This document shows, in pieces, positions 19,909 to 23,165 of a DNA stretch of 23,165 nucleotides (position 1 is its first letter; each line of letters begins with the position of its first letter). Source of the DNA: Kofleriaceae bacterium. Its GTDB lineage: Bacteria; Myxococcota_A; Polyangia; Haliangiales; Haliangiaceae. The stretch spans positions 1 through 23,165 of the forward strand of contig JBKJLC010000146.1 in assembly GCA_046597055.1 (NCBI GenBank). Reading direction: 5' to 3'. The notes beneath the pieces were generated by a model. That model saw only the letters and a program-made list of their open reading frames with translations, ran no database searches and was not told where the DNA came from. Both the position numbers and the translations under genes were made by a program.

Positions 19909-20727
19909 CTAGAACCGCGTCCCGGCCTGCTTCACCGTGAACGCGATCACGCCGATCGGTTCACCGGAGCCGGCCTCGTTCGCGCGGTACTGGTACTCGA
20001 TCCGGTACCGGCTCCACGCGACGTGTACACCGATGCGAAACCCGGTCTGCCAGCCGGCGCCGAAGCCACCGGGGATCGCGAGCCGCTCGTCGGCGGCGTG
20101 ATAGCGCATCACCGCAAGCTCGCCGTGTGCTGCGAGCTCGGTGCAGCCGATCCGCGTCGCGAACCGTGCACCGGCGGCCGCATCGAGCCAGGTCACGCCC
20201 GCGCCGAGCACGGCCTGACCGTCGAGGACGCCATACGCCTGCGCGACCGGGACGCCGATCGAGCCGCGCACCCGCGATCCGACCAGCGCGCCGAAGCCGG
20301 TGTCGCCCTCGTAGCGGCTCTGCAGCCCCTGGCCGAGCGAGTCACCGCAACTGCACAGCCGATGAAAGCCGTCCTGCATCCACCGACCGCCGAGGTTGCC
20401 GGTGAATGAAGGACCGGCCCGCCCACCGACGGTGAGCTCGACGTTCGGCGCGGCCCACGCTCGCTCGACCGTGGCGACCAGCTCGAGCAGATCGCGGCGG
20501 CGCCCAGCCGGGCGAGGGACCTCGGTGATCCAGCGTTCGAACAGCCGCCCGCCGATCTCGTAGTCGCGGTACGGGCGCGAGAACCGGAGATCGAATTCGT
20601 TGGTGAAGCCGTCGTCATCGACCGGAGGGTCGACCGAGGTGAACACGTCATTGCCGCTCGCGTAGCGAAAGTCTCCCCGTGCCGGCGTGGCGAACGCGCA
20701 GGCGACGAGCAGCGCGAAGAGCTTCAC
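19909..20727 (-). CDS. LpxR-like (DUF2219) outer-membrane beta-barrel, putative lipid A deacylase (272 aa)
   Basis: GTGA overlap; signal peptide; GNDVF...DDDGFTN and MQDGFH resemble the LpxR ND, T and QxxxH motifs; amphipathic strands; terminal Phe. Confidence 0.65.
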   Translation of the reverse strand: MKLFALLVACAFATPARGDFRYASGNDVFTSVDPPVDDDGFTNEFDLRFSRPYRDYEIGGRLFERWITEVPRPAGRRRDLLELVATVERAWAAPNVELTVGGRAGPSFTGNLGGRWMQDGFHRLCSCGDSLGQGLQSRYEGDTGFGALVGSRVRGSIGVPVAQAYGVLDGQAVLGAGVTWLDAAAGARFATRIGCTELAAHGELAVMRYHAADERLAIPGGFGAGWQTGFRIGVHVAWSRYRIEYQYRANEAGSGEPIGVIAFTVKQAGTRF

Positions 20728-21905
20728 CGCTGGCGCTCGCCGAAGCCGATCATTGCGATCACAGCCATCGGCATGATCGCGGTGAGGATCGGAATCCACA
20801 GCGGCTGGTGCAGCAGGCCGGCCGCGCACAGCGCCGAAACCAGCAAGAGCCCGACCACGCGCAGCTGAGCGTAGCGAGCGCGGCGCTCCTTCGTCAGCCA
20901 CGGCATCATGAGGTCGAGCGGCACGAGCACGCTCATCACCTCGTTCCAGCGCAGAGCAGGAATCGTCGACGCGATCACTGCGACGTACACGACCAGGCCC
21001 CACAGACCGAGATAGAGCGAGGTCAGGATCAGCGCGGCCCGTGCGACGCGCGCCTTCCACAGGCCGAGTGCGAGCAGCGCGGTGAACACGAGCGCGATCG
21101 CGAACCACATCACCCGGCCGCTCGGCCCGGTGTTGCCCGTCGGCGCGACCTGCTGCGAGTTCTCGACGCGCGGAGGAACCCCGAGCTCGACCTCGAGCTG
21201 CTTGCGCAGCACGTTGGGATGGAACATCGCCTCCCACACCGTGAGCGGCGCATCCATCGTTCGACCGAGCAAGAAGTCCGTGGCGCCGAGGAGCAGCGGC
21301 GTCGCCTCGAGGCCGGGGGCGCCGAGCTGGCGCAGGGTCAACGGATAGGCCAGCTCGCTGTTCTTGCGCAGCGCGCCACCGGTAGCGTCGTCGATCACGT
21401 CGCGGATCCGCGTCGTGCAGTTGTCGCGAAAGTGATCGTAGATGTAGCCGCGATTATCCTCGTCGACGTCCTTCCACAGCCGCTCCTCGATCTTGCGCGC
21501 CTGCGCCTCGGTGACGAGCAGCGTCTGGATCCAGATGTCGCGATCCTCGTCGCGATAGAACGAGATCAGCGTCTCGCGTCGCGACGGCTCGCTCCAGAAC
21601 TCCTGCGCACCGCGGACGAACCGCCACACCAAGCCGGCGTGATCATCGAAGTCCGTGACGCCGTAGTTGAAGCAGACCGAGTCGTGCTCGGGCTCGTGAT
21701 AGCGCAGACAGATCGCGGTGTGCCCCCAGCGTTCGAAGATCACCTCGCCGGTGCCGAACGTCAGGACATCGACGTACGGGGCCTCTGCCTCGTGCGGGAT
21801 GTTCTCGCGCGCCGACTCCGACAGCGGCGTCGGCTGAGCAACGGCGGTGGCCGACGCGATGACGAGGCATGCGAAAACGCCGAGAGCACCGCGCGGTAGC
21901 GTCAC
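20724..21905 (-). CDS. DUF4105 / Lnb-type lipoprotein N-acyltransferase-like protein (393 aa)
   Basis: Signal peptide; LTFGTG...WGHTA, FNYG..DF, YIYDHFRDNCTTRIRD; about 5 C-terminal TM segments. Confidence 0.82.
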   Translation of the reverse strand: MTLPRGALGVFACLVIASATAVAQPTPLSESARENIPHEAEAPYVDVLTFGTGEVIFERWGHTAICLRYHEPEHDSVCFNYGVTDFDDHAGLVWRFVRGAQEFWSEPSRRETLISFYRDEDRDIWIQTLLVTEAQARKIEERLWKDVDEDNRGYIYDHFRDNCTTRIRDVIDDATGGALRKNSELAYPLTLRQLGAPGLEATPLLLGATDFLLGRTMDAPLTVWEAMFHPNVLRKQLEVELGVPPRVENSQQVAPTGNTGPSGRVMWFAIALVFTALLALGLWKARVARAALILTSLYLGLWGLVVYVAVIASTIPALRWNEVMSVLVPLDLMMPWLTKERRARYAQLRVVGLLLVSALCAAGLLHQPLWIPILTAIMPMAVIAMIGFGERQR

Positions 21906-23164
21906 TTCGGCGGGGCCGCCGGCGTCGCGGGAGCTGCATCCGCCGCGGGCTTGGCGAACACGGCGGGGTCGATCTTGGGATCGATCTCCACGGACTTCAG
22001 CTCGAGGTCCGTGATCCCGCCGCCCTTACCCGCCCCCGTGCTCTTGCGCTTGTGCGCGATCTTCACGCCCTGGACGACCTTGTAGTCGGAGAAGTCGTTG
22101 GTCTCTGCGTTACCGCCGACGGAGTACGTCATCCGGGTCACGAGCTTCGTCTTCTTGTCGATGTACAGCGCGACATCGACCCCGTACGGCGAGGGCAGCT
22201 TGACCACGTGGTGCGGCTTGCCGTCGATGTCCTCGTCGGGCGCGGGAACCAGCTTGGCTCCGGCATCCGCCGCCTTGAGCAGGATCAGCTCGGGCTCGCG
22301 CCAGCGTTCGAAGTCGATCATCTGGATATCCGACGGCGCGATGTCGTTGACCTCGATCTTGCCGGTCTGCTGATTCGGCGCCATCTGCCAGCCCGTCTTG
22401 CCGTTGATCCCGATCACGACGTTGATCTTCTGACCGAGCGACAGTGTGGCGTCGATCCGCATCTTGTCGGGGAGCAGGAACAACCGCTGCGTCTCGACCT
22501 GCGCGGTACGGCCGGCGACCGGCGTGGTGCCGACCGCGAGCATCTTGAAGCCCTTGATCGCGGCGAGCTTCGCCTTGCCGCCCTTCGCGACGAGCGCTTC
22601 CTCGACGACCTTCTTCGCCGCGGCGAGCGCCTTCGCATCAACAGGCGCAGCTGGCTCGGCGAGCGGCGGGGTGATCGGCTCGGTGAACGTGACCTTCTCG
22701 TAGCGCCAGCCCTCCTTCTTGAGGAGTGGCTCGAGATCCTTGGCGTCGCCGACCATCACGATGACGAACGACTGCGGATCGAGGATCTCGTTCGCCGCGC
22801 GCTTCGCGGTGATGACGTCGACCTTGCCAACCGCGAGCGGATAGTTGGCCAGGTACTCCTTACCGAACCCATGGAGCTCGGCACCGATCAACGCTGCGCC
22901 GACATCGCTCGCCGACTGGAATCGCATACCGTAGCCGCCCGCAAGGTTCGCGATCGCCGCCGTCACCTCGTCCTGGGTCGGCCCGTCCTTGGCCATGGCC
23001 TTGATCTCGGCGAGGATCATCTTCGTCGTGTTGACCGCCTCGACATTGCGCGTGAACGTCTGCGACACGAACGAGCCACGGTCGAGGTTGCGGTCGAAGC
23101 TCGAGCTCGCACCGTAGGTCTTGCCGCCCTGCACGCGCACGACCTTCATCAGGCGCGAGCTGAA
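21902..23164 (-). CDS. M16 (insulinase/pitrilysin) family protein, C-terminal part, fused to a LolA-like domain; 5'-partial
   Basis: Frame is open to the window edge: FSSRLMKVVR..GGKTYGASSSF, GPTQDEV, VMVGD (M16_C), followed by ALVAKGGKAKLAAIK...FSDYKVVQGVKIAH. Confidence 0.82.
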   Translation of the reverse strand, partial: FSSRLMKVVRVQGGKTYGASSSFDRNLDRGSFVSQTFTRNVEAVNTTKMILAEIKAMAKDGPTQDEVTAAIANLAGGYGMRFQSASDVGAALIGAELHGFGKEYLANYPLAVGKVDVITAKRAANEILDPQSFVIVMVGDAKDLEPLLKKEGWRYEKVTFTEPITPPLAEPAAPVDAKALAAAKKVVEEALVAKGGKAKLAAIKGFKMLAVGTTPVAGRTAQVETQRLFLLPDKMRIDATLSLGQKINVVIGINGKTGWQMAPNQQTGKIEVNDIAPSDIQMIDFERWREPELILLKAADAGAKLVPAPDEDIDGKPHHVVKLPSPYGVDVALYIDKKTKLVTRMTYSVGGNAETNDFSDYKVVQGVKIAHKRKSTGAGKGGGITDLELKSVEIDPKIDPAVFAKPAADAAPATPAAPPK

Positions 23165-23165
23165 G

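Noticed and set aside
19296..20409. Cys-rich or repeat ORFs (ECSG repeats, PEHS repeats, CALRC)
   Set aside because: Translations of intergenic tandem repeats or antisense to real genes.

Overview
High-GC bacterial chromosomal window. The gene families and protein style (PEGA and 'DAG'-repeat lipoproteins, REC-EAL with DDLG, sigma54 sites) suggest Myxococcota; this is inference. From left to right: a block of hairpin-forming tandem repeats; an amidase; an ECF sigma / ZAS anti-sigma / Spy-CpxP-like operon; a PEGA lipoprotein; a REC-EAL plus sensor-PAS-GGDEF c-di-GMP operon; a secreted hypothetical protein; psuG; a small Cys-rich protein; a membrane-anchored 2x[4Fe-4S]-flavin oxidoreductase; a PlsC-like acyltransferase; a secreted HEAT protein; a Pro-rich lipoprotein; a non-canonical PolX-PHP; a decayed ligD (frameshifted, internally deleted PE domain, intact POL motifs, no ligase) coupled to a membrane protein; a repeat/MITE-like intergenic region; and a coupled M16 peptidase / Lnb(DUF4105) / LpxR-like operon that runs off the window end. 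No rRNA, tRNA, CRISPR or transposase was seen. Most notable: the PolX-LigD repair locus, recurrent leaderless-type starts, REP/MITE-like elements, and a possible codon-usage junction near 13.2 kb. Family calls come from motif recognition by eye, not from database searches.
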